Positions 1 through 9,996 of a stretch of DNA of 64,000 nt are shown piece after piece. Under the pieces are notes generated by a model. The model saw only the letters and a program-made list of their open reading frames with translations. It had not been told where the DNA came from and did not search any database. The stretch's first letter is position 1; each line of letters begins with the position of its first letter. Source of the DNA: Bythopirellula sp. (GTDB lineage: Bacteria > Planctomycetota > Planctomycetia > Pirellulales > Lacipirellulaceae); the NCBI GenBank assembly GCA_965216565.1, contig OZ244170.1, positions 2,688,001 to 2,752,000 on the forward strand. The letters run 5' to 3'. The position numbers and the translations under genes were made by a program.

Positions 1-8
1 TCCTGGCA

Positions 9-1601
9 TTGGCGAACGTCGGCTCTGCGCACGAGGTGAAATCGGAACCAGGGCCGATGGCCCGTGGTGTTGTTTTTGAAGATCTTGACGGTAACGGCAA
101 GCGCGACGCCGGCGAGCGTGGGCTGGAAGGAATCCGTGTTTCAAATGGGCTGGACATCGTTACTACCGATGCGGATGGGAAATACCAAATTTCTATCGAC
201 GACGACACGATCATCTTCGTCATCAAACCTCGCAATTGGCGGACGCCGGTCAATAGCAAGAATCTTCCCCGATTCCATTACATTCACAAACCCCATGGCT
301 CCCCAGACGAACACTTCATGCACCGGGGCGTCAATCCGACCGGTCCGCTTCCCGAGTCGGTCGACTTCCCGCTTACCAAGTCGGAAGAGCCGGACGAATT
401 CACCGTCATTTTGATGGGCGACCCCCAACCCTACAACCGCCGCGAGGTGCGCTTCTATGCCAATGATGTATTGGCGGAATTGGTCGATACCACGGCAGCG
501 TTTGGAATCTCTTTGGGCGATATCGTGGGTGACGACCTCTCGCTGTTCGAATCGGTCAATGCGGTGCAAGCGCTCATCGGCGTGCCTTGGTACAACATCA
601 TCGGGAATCACGATCTCAACTTCCGCTCGGTCAACGATAAGTATTCGGACGAAACCTACGAGCGCGTTTATGGCCCGCCAAATTTTGCATTTCAATACGG
701 TCCTGTTCACTTTGTGGTGCTCGACAATGTGGTTTGGTCGATTTCAGACACTGAAGATAACCGAGCGGGTCGGCGGCGGGGTGGTTATCGGGCGGCACTG
801 AACAAGGGGCAGTTGAAGTTTGTGAAAGACTACATAGCCGAGGTGCCCAAGGAAGAGCGGATTGTTGTTTGCACACATATCCCGCTTCCAGAATTCTCAA
901 TGAATCAAGAGTATCGCGAGCACCGCACCGATGGCTGCCGAGAATTGCTGGAGATTCTCGCCAGTCATCCGCATACGATGTCGTTCTCCGCGCACACGCA
1001 CTACAACCATCATCAGTTTGTCGGAGCCGAGCAGGGATACGACGAGCCCGACGGACACGAGCATCACCATCACAATGTGGTGACCGGTTCGGGGAGTTGG
1101 TACGGCGGACCGAAAGACGATCGCGGTTTTCCGATTACCACCATGGCCGACGGGGCGCCCAATGGTTACATCAAAGCCACCTTTTCTGGCAACGAATACA
1201 AGCTCCGCTACAAAGCAGCAGGGCTTCCCGCGGGACATCAGATGACAATCCACACGCCCGAGGTGATCGACTCTGCCAGCGAGAGCCCGTGCGAAGTGGT
1301 GGCAAACGTTTTCAATGGCAACAAGCATTCCAAAGTTCGCATGTGCGTGCGAGGCAAGTGCGATTGGATCACCATGCAGCAAACCATGCGTGAGGATCCC
1401 ACGTTTTCTGCATTCCATCAGCGCGATGCCGTGGACAACCACGGATCGCGGGGCGCGATTACCTCGCCGAAGATTACTGCGCACCTGTGGGCTGCCAACT
1501 TACCGCGAGACATTCCCGCCGGCTGTTATATTCTCGAGGTGGAATCGACCGACATGTTTGGCAACATCGATCGGGGTATCCGCATCATCGAAGTTGAGTG
1601 A
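9..1601 (+). CDS. Calcineurin-like metallophosphoesterase with N- and C-terminal accessory domains (start may lie upstream of the window)
   Basis: Motifs GDPQ, GDIVGD, GNHD, HIP and SAHTH; N-terminal GVVFEDLDGNG...VSNG domain. Confidence 0.85.
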   Translation: MANVGSAHEVKSEPGPMARGVVFEDLDGNGKRDAGERGLEGIRVSNGLDIVTTDADGKYQISIDDDTIIFVIKPRNWRTPVNSKNLPRFHYIHKPHGSPDEHFMHRGVNPTGPLPESVDFPLTKSEEPDEFTVILMGDPQPYNRREVRFYANDVLAELVDTTAAFGISLGDIVGDDLSLFESVNAVQALIGVPWYNIIGNHDLNFRSVNDKYSDETYERVYGPPNFAFQYGPVHFVVLDNVVWSISDTEDNRAGRRRGGYRAALNKGQLKFVKDYIAEVPKEERIVVCTHIPLPEFSMNQEYREHRTDGCRELLEILASHPHTMSFSAHTHYNHHQFVGAEQGYDEPDGHEHHHHNVVTGSGSWYGGPKDDRGFPITTMADGAPNGYIKATFSGNEYKLRYKAAGLPAGHQMTIHTPEVIDSASESPCEVVANVFNGNKHSKVRMCVRGKCDWITMQQTMREDPTFSAFHQRDAVDNHGSRGAITSPKITAHLWAANLPRDIPAGCYILEVESTDMFGNIDRGIRIIEVE

Positions 1602-1620
1602 CTAGCGCCCAGATTCTCCT

Positions 1621-2535
1621 ATGCCAGAACTGCCGGATGTTGCTGTCTATTGTGAATCGCTCGACCGGTTCTACACGGGGCAGACCCTCGAAAGGCTCGA
1701 CTTGAAGAGCCCGTTTCTCGTGCGAACATTCGAGCCCGATCTTGCGGAAGCCCAGGGACGGAAGGTGGAAGGCTTTTCCCGGCTTGGCAAGAGAATCGTG
1801 TGGCACTTGCAAGGAGATTTCTACCTGGTGGTTCATTTAATGATCGCCGGGCGATTTCATCAGCGACCAGCGGGTAAGAAACCGACGGGCAAAAACGACC
1901 TGCTGGCTTTTCAGTTTGTCGACGATTTTGTCGACGTTGCCGACCAGCGTACCACGCTGATGCTCACCGAAGCGAGCCCCAAGAAACGGGCAGCCCTGCA
2001 CGTGGTGGCGGGCGCAGAGAATCTGGCTGCGCACAACCCGGGAGGAGCAGAACCGCTGGAATGCGACCTGGAAACTTTCACCCGGCTACTCACTGCCGAG
2101 AATCACACGCTGAAGCGATCGCTCACCAATCCGCGACTGTTCAGTGGGATAGGCAACGCCTACAGTGACGAAATCCTCCACGCGGCGCAGCTTTCTCCCA
2201 TCATGCATACTAAGCGGATGGACGCCGAACAGATCGCCAAGCTTCACTCGGCGATGCAGCAGACGCTCTCGGAATGGACTGCCCGCTTACGGGCCGATGT
2301 TGGCGAGGGCTTTCCAGAGAAGGTGACCGCCTTCCGACCAGAAATGGCGGTCCACGGACGATACGGACTCCCCTGCCCTCTTTGCCAGACGGCGGTCCAG
2401 AGGATCCGGTACGCCGACAACGAAACCAACTATTGCCCCCGTTGTCAGACCGACGGCAAGGTGCTGGCCGATCGTTCGTTGTCGCGCCTTTTGAAAAACG
2501 ACTGGCCGCGTACCGTGGAAGAGTGGGAAGCTTAG
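1621..2535 (+). CDS. Fpg/Nei family DNA glycosylase/AP lyase
   Basis: N-terminal MPELPDV, HLMIAG, H2TH motif GIGNAYSDEIL, C-terminal zinc finger CPLC...CPRCQ. Confidence 0.92.
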   Translation: MPELPDVAVYCESLDRFYTGQTLERLDLKSPFLVRTFEPDLAEAQGRKVEGFSRLGKRIVWHLQGDFYLVVHLMIAGRFHQRPAGKKPTGKNDLLAFQFVDDFVDVADQRTTLMLTEASPKKRAALHVVAGAENLAAHNPGGAEPLECDLETFTRLLTAENHTLKRSLTNPRLFSGIGNAYSDEILHAAQLSPIMHTKRMDAEQIAKLHSAMQQTLSEWTARLRADVGEGFPEKVTAFRPEMAVHGRYGLPCPLCQTAVQRIRYADNETNYCPRCQTDGKVLADRSLSRLLKNDWPRTVEEWEA

Positions 2536-2625
2536 AGCGCGTTTCTGAACGTCCCAGCCGAACGAGGTAGTTGCTATTCTGCTGGATGAAGCGACGGGCG
2601 GCCTCAGAACGATGCTTGTAGAATA

Positions 2626-2650
2626 CCCGCGGCTAGCGCCGTCGGCTCAC
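2626..2650. repeat. Short REP-like element (CCCGCGGCTAGCGCCGTCGGCTCAC)
   Basis: GC-rich imperfect palindrome in an intergenic REP cluster; single copy in the window. Confidence 0.4.
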
Positions 2651-2767
2651 ATCTGATATTGAAGGGAACCTAGGTGGGGGATATCACATCGAACTGGTGT
2701 GGTTAGTTTCATCCCTGGGATCAAGGATACCCAATATGCGGCAACCTTGATGAGCTACCCTAGCACC

Positions 2768-2827
2768 TGTCATTCCGAAGTCTGTCGAGGGGACTAGCCA
2801 GATTCCTCGGCAGACCTCGGAATGACA
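2768..2827. repeat. REP-like palindrome family A, copy 1
   Basis: TGTCATTCCGAAGTCTGTCGAGG...CCTCGGCAGACCTCGGAATGACA; near-identical partial copy at 27446-27497. Confidence 0.8.
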
Positions 2828-2904
2828 AATACTGATGTAGTTGAAATGATTGCTGCGTTATAGGGCACCTTAGATCAACTAAGAGCTTATGCCACAACCG
2901 AAAA

Positions 2905-2944
2905 CCCCCTCCCCTAACCCCTCCCCCGCAGACGGGGGAGGGGG
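2905..2944. repeat. REP-like element, CCCCTAACCCCTCCCC...GGGGAGGGG family
   Basis: Hairpin CCCCTCCCCCG-CAGA-CGGGGGAGGGG preceded by CCCCTCCCCTAA; related inverted copy at about 50684-50717. Confidence 0.7.
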
Positions 2945-2980
2945 ATTTGGGATAGGCACTAAGCTCAACTCTCCAGAACA

Positions 2981-3832
2981 ATGACATCACCAACGAAAAA
3001 CTCCAGCCGACGTAAGTTCCTAAAGAGATCCTTCCAGGGAGTTGTCGGTACAGTTGGACTTGGGCTGACGTACTCCCTGCTGGAGTCGTGTTGGCTGGGT
3101 GTGCGGCGAGCGACGGTTTCTGTGCCGCGATTGCCGTCGAAGTTCGCGGGGACGACCATCGCATTTGTCGCAGATGTCCACCATAGCTCAATGAATGGTC
3201 TCGCGTATGTCGAGAAGGTGGTGAGCATTACCAATGCACTTTCGCCCGATTTAATTTTGTTGGGGGGTGATTATGTTCACAATCAGCGCCGCTACGTTAC
3301 CCCCTGCATGCAAGCACTGGGCCAGCTCAAGTCGCGGTGGGGGGTGTTTGGTGTACTGGGCAACCACGATCATTGGACCGGGCCCGACACGATACGCCAG
3401 GCCATGGCGGACCATGGGATTGTCGAACTGACGAACACAGGTGCCTGGATCGAGAAAGAGGGACAACGACTGCGCGTGGCAGGCGTCGACGACTGGTGGG
3501 AAGGCGAGCAACGCTTGGATCGTGCCTTACGGGAGGTTGGACCGACGGAATCCGCCCTGCTGCTTAGTCACAATCCCGACTATGTCGAGCAGATCGTCGA
3601 TCCACGCGTTGGCTTAGTCCTCAGCGGGCACACCCATGGAGGTCAAGTGGTGCTGCCGCTGGTGGGTGCACCACGAGTGCCATCGCAGTACGGGCAAAAG
3701 TATCTGCACGGCCTGGTGAAGACCAGACATACCCAGGTGTACGTCACGCGAGGCGTCGGCTCAATCGGTCCCCTGAACCTACCGGTACGATTCTGTTGTC
3801 CGCCGGAGATCTCGTTGCTGACAATCGTTTAA
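2981..3832 (+). CDS. YkuE-like metallophosphoesterase with Tat-like signal
   Basis: SRRKFL twin-arginine motif; DVHH, GGDY, GNHD, SHNPD, SGHTHGGQ. Confidence 0.9.
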   Translation: MTSPTKNSSRRKFLKRSFQGVVGTVGLGLTYSLLESCWLGVRRATVSVPRLPSKFAGTTIAFVADVHHSSMNGLAYVEKVVSITNALSPDLILLGGDYVHNQRRYVTPCMQALGQLKSRWGVFGVLGNHDHWTGPDTIRQAMADHGIVELTNTGAWIEKEGQRLRVAGVDDWWEGEQRLDRALREVGPTESALLLSHNPDYVEQIVDPRVGLVLSGHTHGGQVVLPLVGAPRVPSQYGQKYLHGLVKTRHTQVYVTRGVGSIGPLNLPVRFCCPPEISLLTIV

Positions 3833-3890
3833 TGGCCATCTCAAATCTTCACTCGCCTTAAGTCCTCCCAGTATTCACCACTAGCCTCTG

Positions 3891-4079
3891 TTTGGCCAAC
3901 GGCCACATTCACCGTAGCCTGGGGCAACGCCCCAGGTACATAACGACTTTGGCTTTGGCTGAAAGCCAAATTCATTCCCACTGTGTTTGATGATTATGGC
4001 TTTCAGCCAATCGGAAATACTTTGCCATTCAATCCTGGGGTGCTACCCCAGGCTACGGTGAATATGACCTTCGGTCAAA
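3891..4079. mobile_element. Non-autonomous palindromic element (REPIN/MITE-like)
   Basis: Long inverted arms ATTCACCGTAGCCTGGGGCAACGCCCCAGG and CCTGGGGTGCTACCCCAGGCTACGGTGAAT, plus inner and outer small hairpins; no ORF. Confidence 0.8.
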
Positions 4080-4170
4080 AGTGCTGCAACAACTGAAATC
4101 TTGCGTAATCATTGAGAGAATTGGTGGAGGCAGTACGTCACTTGCTACCCAGATGTGTTAACCTGTGTGC

Positions 4171-4947
4171 ATGGATCAGCCACAGCGTGATGAACACGAT
4201 TCTGACGAGGAAGCGATCGATCGTGCGCCGCTGACTTACGAGTCAGTACCGCGGCTGCGGATTATGCATCTGATGCTCTGGACGCTCTTTACTGCTGTGT
4301 TTATGACGGCGTCGCAAGCCATCCGGACACTGCAACGCGAGCCCGAGAACTTTTCAAACTTCATGGATGTCTCAGGCGTCTTCTACGGCATGATGGTGGG
4401 TGCTGTGATGACGGGTATGGCTGTTCTGATTTCCAACCGATTTAATAAAGGAGCACCGCTTTGCCTTCAGCCTGGACATTGGCTCGTGGTGATACAAGCG
4501 TTCGCCTATACACTCATCATTCCCGTGTGGGGGCTCTCCACCGCGTGGGCTGCGTACGGGGGCACATTTGTGTTTCTGCCGTATGGATTGATTAATCTGG
4601 GCGAAGCCTGTGGCTATGGACTGGCTGCGAAAAACTCTTCCATCAAACGGTGGAAAGTCTTCTTCACGCTTCTCACTTTACTCATGGTGGGACAAGGCCT
4701 GACCTACCTCGGTTTGCCCTTTGGATGGCTGAGTCACGGCCTCTGGTCTCTTTCTATATCTACTATGCTTTTGGTGGGAATCATTCTGTGCAGCGTTTTG
4801 CTCTTCGTCGTCTGGCGGGATAAGCGAGTCTGGCAGGACAAGCGAGAGCATCTCGGCCGCGACTGGGTCCACTGGACCGGTATTTACTGCTTTTGGGCAA
4901 GCTATTTGATAAACTTCGCTTGGACTTTGAGCGTCAGTTTCATGTAG
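4171..4947 (+). CDS. Hypothetical polytopic membrane protein
   Basis: About 7 hydrophobic segments; LRIMHLMLWT N-terminal motif and QPGHW motif. Confidence 0.7.
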   Translation: MDQPQRDEHDSDEEAIDRAPLTYESVPRLRIMHLMLWTLFTAVFMTASQAIRTLQREPENFSNFMDVSGVFYGMMVGAVMTGMAVLISNRFNKGAPLCLQPGHWLVVIQAFAYTLIIPVWGLSTAWAAYGGTFVFLPYGLINLGEACGYGLAAKNSSIKRWKVFFTLLTLLMVGQGLTYLGLPFGWLSHGLWSLSISTMLLVGIILCSVLLFVVWRDKRVWQDKREHLGRDWVHWTGIYCFWASYLINFAWTLSVSFM

Positions 4948-5029
4948 CTGCCCTCTTTGCCTCAGGGAAATATCGCGGTAACTTGGCTGGGACAGGACTT
5001 CACACAACTCAATTACCACGGAACATAAA

Positions 5030-6709
5030 ATGCCCATTCATTGGCGATCTCTCTGTTTGGCTCTGGCGATACCTTTGACGACAACCCTCGCTTTGGCCGA
5101 AAACACGGAACAGGCGGCACGAGATTTCATCCGTGAGTACGAACTTACCATTAAACCGCTCCAAACGGCCTCCGGCCGGGCGTGGTGGAATGCCAACACC
5201 ACCGGGCGCGACGAAGACTTTGCCGAGAAGGAATCACTCGAAAACCGGTTGAATGAAGCTCTCTCTTCCCAAGAACAGTTTGAGCGACTGGAAAAAATAC
5301 GCGAGGGAGAAATTTCCGACGCTCAGTTGGCGCGTCAAATCGAACTTCTCTACCTGACGTATAAAGAAAAGCAAGTCGATCTGGATTTGCTCAAGCGGAT
5401 TTCCAGCAAGGAAACGAGTATTGAGAAAACCTTCAACACCTTTCGTGCCACCATCGGCGACGATACCTACTCCGACAGCCAGGTCCGCGAAATCTTGAGG
5501 GAATCGGAAGACTCGGAAAAACGCAAACAGGTTTGGCAGGCATCCAAGGCAGTGGGTGAAAAGGTTGTCGCCGATCTTCGCGAACTTGTCGACTACCGCA
5601 ATCGGGCAGCCCGCCAGTTGGGCTTCGCCGATTTTCATGCGATGAAACTCGAACTCAATGAACAGAACCAAGCAGATGTACTGCAGCTTTTCGACGAGCT
5701 AGACGAACTGACCCGAGAGCCGTTTGCCCGTGTGAAGCAGGAGATTGATGAAGTATTGGCAAAGCGATACGGCATTGCTGTCGACGAGTTGCAACCTTGG
5801 CACTACCACGATCCGTTTTTCCAGGACGCTCCCGCTGTCTACGAGGCCGATCTAAATGCGCCGTTTGCCGAGGCCGACATTCTCGGTATTTGCCGGGAGT
5901 TCTACGCGGGCATCGGCTTGCCGATCGAGGATGTGCTCGAGCGGAGCGATTTGTACGAGAAGCCGAAGAAAAGCCCACACGCTTTTTGCATCGATATCGA
6001 TCGAGAAGGCGACGTCCGGGTGTTGGCCAATATCACGCCCACCGAGTATTGGATGAGTACCATGCTGCACGAGCTGGGGCATGCTGTTTATAGCAGTAAG
6101 AACATTCCCGCGGAGTTGCCGTATGTGCTGCGCAGCGACGCACACATCTTGGCGACCGAGGGGGTGGCGATGATGTTCGAACGGTTCGCAGCCAATGCCG
6201 ATTGGCTAGGCGAGTTTGGTGTGGAGGTCGAAAACCCTGATACCTGGACCGAAGTGGGCCGCAAAACACGGCGAAACAAGTTGCTGATCTTCTCGCGTTG
6301 GTGCCAGGTAATGCTGCGATTCGAAGTGGAAATGTACCGCAACCCCGACCAGGACCTGAGCCAGCTTTGGTGGAATCTGGTGGAGAAGTATCAGTTGGTG
6401 AAGAAACCTGAGGGCCGCAACGCTCCCGACTACGCCAGCAAGATTCACGTGGTGACGGCTCCTGCCTACTACCACAACTACATGATGGGCGAACTGTTTG
6501 CTTGCCAAGTGCACGCGGCTATTGTCCGCGACCTGGATCTGTCGTCCGATCCCACGACGGCAATCTACACGCGGAACCCGAAGGTTGGTGAATTCATGCA
6601 GGAGAAAATCTTCTCGCAAGGATTGATGCTTCCCTGGAACGAGCTAACGCGCTACGCCACGGGCGAAGATCTCAATGCCAAGGCATTCGCCGCAGAATTC
6701 CGGCAATAG
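5030..6709 (+). CDS. M2/M3-family zinc metallopeptidase (peptidyl-dipeptidase A-like), secreted
   Basis: Signal peptide; HELGH zinc motif, downstream EGVA, KIH and YYHNY. Confidence 0.88.
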   Translation: MPIHWRSLCLALAIPLTTTLALAENTEQAARDFIREYELTIKPLQTASGRAWWNANTTGRDEDFAEKESLENRLNEALSSQEQFERLEKIREGEISDAQLARQIELLYLTYKEKQVDLDLLKRISSKETSIEKTFNTFRATIGDDTYSDSQVREILRESEDSEKRKQVWQASKAVGEKVVADLRELVDYRNRAARQLGFADFHAMKLELNEQNQADVLQLFDELDELTREPFARVKQEIDEVLAKRYGIAVDELQPWHYHDPFFQDAPAVYEADLNAPFAEADILGICREFYAGIGLPIEDVLERSDLYEKPKKSPHAFCIDIDREGDVRVLANITPTEYWMSTMLHELGHAVYSSKNIPAELPYVLRSDAHILATEGVAMMFERFAANADWLGEFGVEVENPDTWTEVGRKTRRNKLLIFSRWCQVMLRFEVEMYRNPDQDLSQLWWNLVEKYQLVKKPEGRNAPDYASKIHVVTAPAYYHNYMMGELFACQVHAAIVRDLDLSSDPTTAIYTRNPKVGEFMQEKIFSQGLMLPWNELTRYATGEDLNAKAFAAEFRQ

Positions 6710-6750
6710 AGTTGCCGACACCTTGCAAGGATTAGCAAGGTAAAATCAAG

Positions 6751-6823
6751 TGGAGCCGAGGGGGCTCGAACCCCTAACCCCCGGCTTGCAAAGCCGGTGC
6801 TCTCCCAATTGAGCTACGGCCCC
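6751..6823 (-). tRNA. tRNA-Ala(UGC)
   Basis: Reverse complement GGGGCCGTAGCTCAATTGGGAGAGCACCGGCTTTGCAAGCCGGGGGTTAGGGGTTCGAGCCCCCTCGGCTCCA folds as a cloverleaf with anticodon TGC. Confidence 0.97.
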
Positions 6824-6908
6824 TGGGGAAATCCACCGGGGTGAATTTCTAACCACAGAGCGATTCACGGGCTCCCTAGGACTTCCCACGGGAGATCGTA
6901 AGCCCCAC

Positions 6909-6936
6909 ATTTTATCGGCTCTCGGTGGGAATGCAA
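6909..6936 (-). promoter_or_regulatory. Sigma70-type promoter for tRNA-Ala
   Basis: TTGCAT-N16-TAAAAT on the minus strand followed by a GC-rich discriminator. Confidence 0.6.
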
Positions 6937-7091
6937 TGCTCCCTAATACCCGACCCATCCGAGCGAAGCCCGCAGACGGTGAGATAGGGAAAAAATGGCA
7001 ATCTCGGCTCAGACTGTTTAGTATGAAAGCAACATAATACCAGCTTGTCGCCACTTGTTAGACAACGCTATCAACTGCCTTTGGAGCAAAC

Positions 7092-8105
7092 ATGCGCCGA
7101 ACCAATTATTTGCAAGTAATCGTCGTGTGCATGACCCTGATTGCCGGCCAAATTGTGCACGGCGAGACTTGGGCCGAGCGACTTGGGTTTCCATCAGAGA
7201 AGAGAGTGCTCATTCTCCATGCTCACCAGATGGGATTATGTCGTGCCACGAATGCCGCCGCAGAGCAATTAGCCGAATCTGATCTTGTTTTCTCAAGTAG
7301 CGTATTGGCACCCAGTCCTTGGTTCGCGAACTACGCAAATTCAAGACCGGGAGATGTGGGCCTTTCTCTCACCCTCAATAGCGAATGGCCAGATTACCGC
7401 TGGCAACCTGTCGCACCCGATAATCTGGTGCCTAGTTTACTAAACTCCGAAGGGTATTTATGGAAGTCTTCCGTGCAAACTATGGTCAGCGCTAGTGCTG
7501 CGGAAGTTGAGCAAGAACTCCGGCATCAGATCCTCAAAGCCCGAATGGCTGGGCTTAAACCGAGTCATTTCACAACACACTTAGGAACCCTCTACACGCG
7601 TCTTGATCTTACCGAAGTCTATTTTAAACTCGCCCGCGAGTACTGGATCCCAGCGGTAGTCGTTGAGTTAACGCCGGAGCACATCTCGCGATTCCAAGAA
7701 AAAGGGTTTCCTTTGCCTCCAGAATTGATGCAGCTAGTCGCTGAGTATCCGCTGCCCAAGATCGATGACTTGCGCTTTGTGAGTGTTGCAGATAACTATG
7801 ACCAGAAGAAAAACGAATTCGTAGAACTCATCGCGGGACTGAAGCCAGGCCTCACGCAAATATCGTTCGCACCGGCCGTCCAGTCGGAGGAGCTCCAACA
7901 CATTGCGAACGATTGGCAACAGAGGGTATGGGAAAGCAAACTTTTGCAGGATAGCGATGTACGAGACAAGCTTGCCAACGAAGAAATCGTTCTTACAACT
8001 TGGCAGGAAGTGATGAGGCGTTTTGCAGGTCAAATGCCGCATCTTGAACTCAACAGTGCTGAAGCTGACAGCCTAAGCAAGGAGTCGCATCGCCGTGACC
8101 AGTAA
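7092..8105 (+). CDS. YdjC/ChbG-family carbohydrate deacetylase-like protein, secreted
   Basis: LILHAHQMG, LTLNSEW..YRW, PSHFTTHLG, QQRVWE; canonical ADD and DxH residues are altered. Confidence 0.75.
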   Translation: MRRTNYLQVIVVCMTLIAGQIVHGETWAERLGFPSEKRVLILHAHQMGLCRATNAAAEQLAESDLVFSSSVLAPSPWFANYANSRPGDVGLSLTLNSEWPDYRWQPVAPDNLVPSLLNSEGYLWKSSVQTMVSASAAEVEQELRHQILKARMAGLKPSHFTTHLGTLYTRLDLTEVYFKLAREYWIPAVVVELTPEHISRFQEKGFPLPPELMQLVAEYPLPKIDDLRFVSVADNYDQKKNEFVELIAGLKPGLTQISFAPAVQSEELQHIANDWQQRVWESKLLQDSDVRDKLANEEIVLTTWQEVMRRFAGQMPHLELNSAEADSLSKESHRRDQ

Positions 8106-8562
8106 AGCAATACATCTTTACTGCTATGCAATTATGCTCGGCGTGCTTTTGTCGTTAAGCAGCGAATCTGCCTACGCGCAAGTCGGGAATTCTTATGGTT
8201 CATACTACCAAAAGAAATCTAAACATCCTGGCGGTGTGGGCCCTGGAAATAGTGTCAACAACTATCTGTACGACAAATATTTTTACGGCAAGGGGGCCGT
8301 TAATCCTTCGATGAGTTTGAACCGTCGTTCCAGTACAAGCAGCTATTATCAATATGTCAAACCCGAGCAGCAGCGTCGCGAGGCTGCCCAAAAAGCTGGC
8401 AGAGCCTATGTGCACCAGCGAAAATTACAGGGCAACGTGGGTGCAACCAACTATGGATTCGCTCGCAGTTTGCAGCAGGGAGTTCCCAGTGCTGGGCAAA
8501 TCCCACGAGCACCTTCCCCATCTCCGTATTACAATCAGTTCTACGGTAATCAGCGCCGATAA
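8095..8562 (+). CDS. Hypothetical secreted Tyr/Gln-rich protein
   Basis: Signal peptide ending AYA; overlaps the upstream stop region. Confidence 0.65.
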   Translation: MTSKAIHLYCYAIMLGVLLSLSSESAYAQVGNSYGSYYQKKSKHPGGVGPGNSVNNYLYDKYFYGKGAVNPSMSLNRRSSTSSYYQYVKPEQQRREAAQKAGRAYVHQRKLQGNVGATNYGFARSLQQGVPSAGQIPRAPSPSPYYNQFYGNQRR

Positions 8563-8682
8563 TTGATTTGTTCCTCGCAGGTCCCAAGGGCTGCAATTAC
8601 CTCGCGAACCCGGTTATTATTTAGCTGAAATAGGTTTGTTCACATTATTTCCCTAGCCCCATCTACAGGCATTAAAGACATC

Positions 8683-9849
8683 ATGCTCCGATCTGCGATA
8701 CTTTGCACTTGGGTTCTACTGACAATAACTGACACAGTAGTTGGTGCAGACAACATCGACTACGCCAAGCAGATCGAGCCGATTTTTGCCGAGCACTGCT
8801 ACAAGTGCCATGGTGAGAAGAAGGGATTGGGGAAACTCAGGCTCCATACCGCCGAAGCGATCGCAGAGAGTGTGGAAAAACATGCCAACCTGTTCGGCGG
8901 TGGCAATCCGGAAGAGAGCGAACTTTACGAGCGTCTGGTGCTGCCGGAGGATCACAAGAAGAGAATGCCCAAGGGCGGCGATCCATTGCCGAAAGATCAA
9001 ATCGACCTCATTAAACAATGGATTGCCCAGGGGGCAATATTCGCAGCTGTAGTTAGTACCGAGACGACGAGTTCCGAGAATATTAATTCTGAAGCGCAAG
9101 CAAGTGAGCAAAAGAAAGAATCGTTGCCGCTACCTGAAGTTTCGCCGGCTGACGAGGAAGCGATCAAGCGATTGAGCGCAGCAGGGGCCCAGGTCGGCGC
9201 ACTTTTCGCTAACAGCAACTTGCTCACGGTTTCTTTTGCCCTAAGCAGTAATCCAGTGGGGGACGAACAAATCGCTAGCCTGCCGAGCGCTGCCCAGCAA
9301 ATTTATTCTTTGAATCTTGCCGGTGCCAAGGCCTCTGAAAATAGCTGGTCGCCATTGGCTCAACTCAGCAATCTAAGTCAACTGCACCTGGAGAACTCAT
9401 CGATTTCAGACAGTGGTTTAGCATCGCTGAGTGGGCTTGAGAGATTGGAGTATTTGAATCTCTATGGAACCGGAATTACCGACAACGGTCTCAAGCATTT
9501 GGAAAAGCTCAAACATCTCCAGAACCTATACCTCTGGCAAACGAAAGTCTCGTTCGATGCCGCGAGAAAATTAGAAAAGACAATTCCCGGTCTTGAAGTG
9601 AATCTGGGCCACGACCATCCGGAAGTTATGCGGAGGCGGTTGGCGAAGGACATCGAAAACACCAAGCAGCAACTCGAGGCGACCAAGAGCGAATTTACCC
9701 AAGCGGAAGCCGAACTGAAAAGTGCGACCGCCGCGAAGGAGCAGGCGGAGAAACGGCTCGCTGAGCTAGAGGGGCAGCTTAAAACGCTGGATGGTGGGCC
9801 GGAGTCTGAGGAGGAAAAAGCGGCGGAGGCCGATAACGCACCCGAGTAG
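8683..9849 (+). CDS. Planctomycete cytochrome c domain plus leucine-rich repeats and C-terminal coiled coil
   Basis: IEPIFAEHCYKCHG (CxxCH), RMP...LIKQWI, LRR units such as LEYLNLYGTGITD. Confidence 0.88.
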   Translation: MLRSAILCTWVLLTITDTVVGADNIDYAKQIEPIFAEHCYKCHGEKKGLGKLRLHTAEAIAESVEKHANLFGGGNPEESELYERLVLPEDHKKRMPKGGDPLPKDQIDLIKQWIAQGAIFAAVVSTETTSSENINSEAQASEQKKESLPLPEVSPADEEAIKRLSAAGAQVGALFANSNLLTVSFALSSNPVGDEQIASLPSAAQQIYSLNLAGAKASENSWSPLAQLSNLSQLHLENSSISDSGLASLSGLERLEYLNLYGTGITDNGLKHLEKLKHLQNLYLWQTKVSFDAARKLEKTIPGLEVNLGHDHPEVMRRRLAKDIENTKQQLEATKSEFTQAEAELKSATAAKEQAEKRLAELEGQLKTLDGGPESEEEKAAEADNAPE

Positions 9850-9896
9850 TGCAAGGCTTGCATTCGTTGAACTGTAGATCACAGCTTTGCAAAAAA

Positions 9897-9970
9897 TAGC
9901 CGGACCGCCACTGTCTACCCGCCGTGGTGGGCGGTCCGAGGCGCGCCGGAGGCAAGTGTGCCTCCGGCTA
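9897..9970. repeat. REP-like family B, copy 1
   Basis: TAGCCGGACCGCCAC...GCGGTCCG...GGAGGCAAGTGTGCCTCCGGCTA between convergent genes; related copies at 15178 and 46000. Confidence 0.85.
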
Positions 9971-9996
9971 CAAGGTTCATTCTGAGTCGAGTCGAT

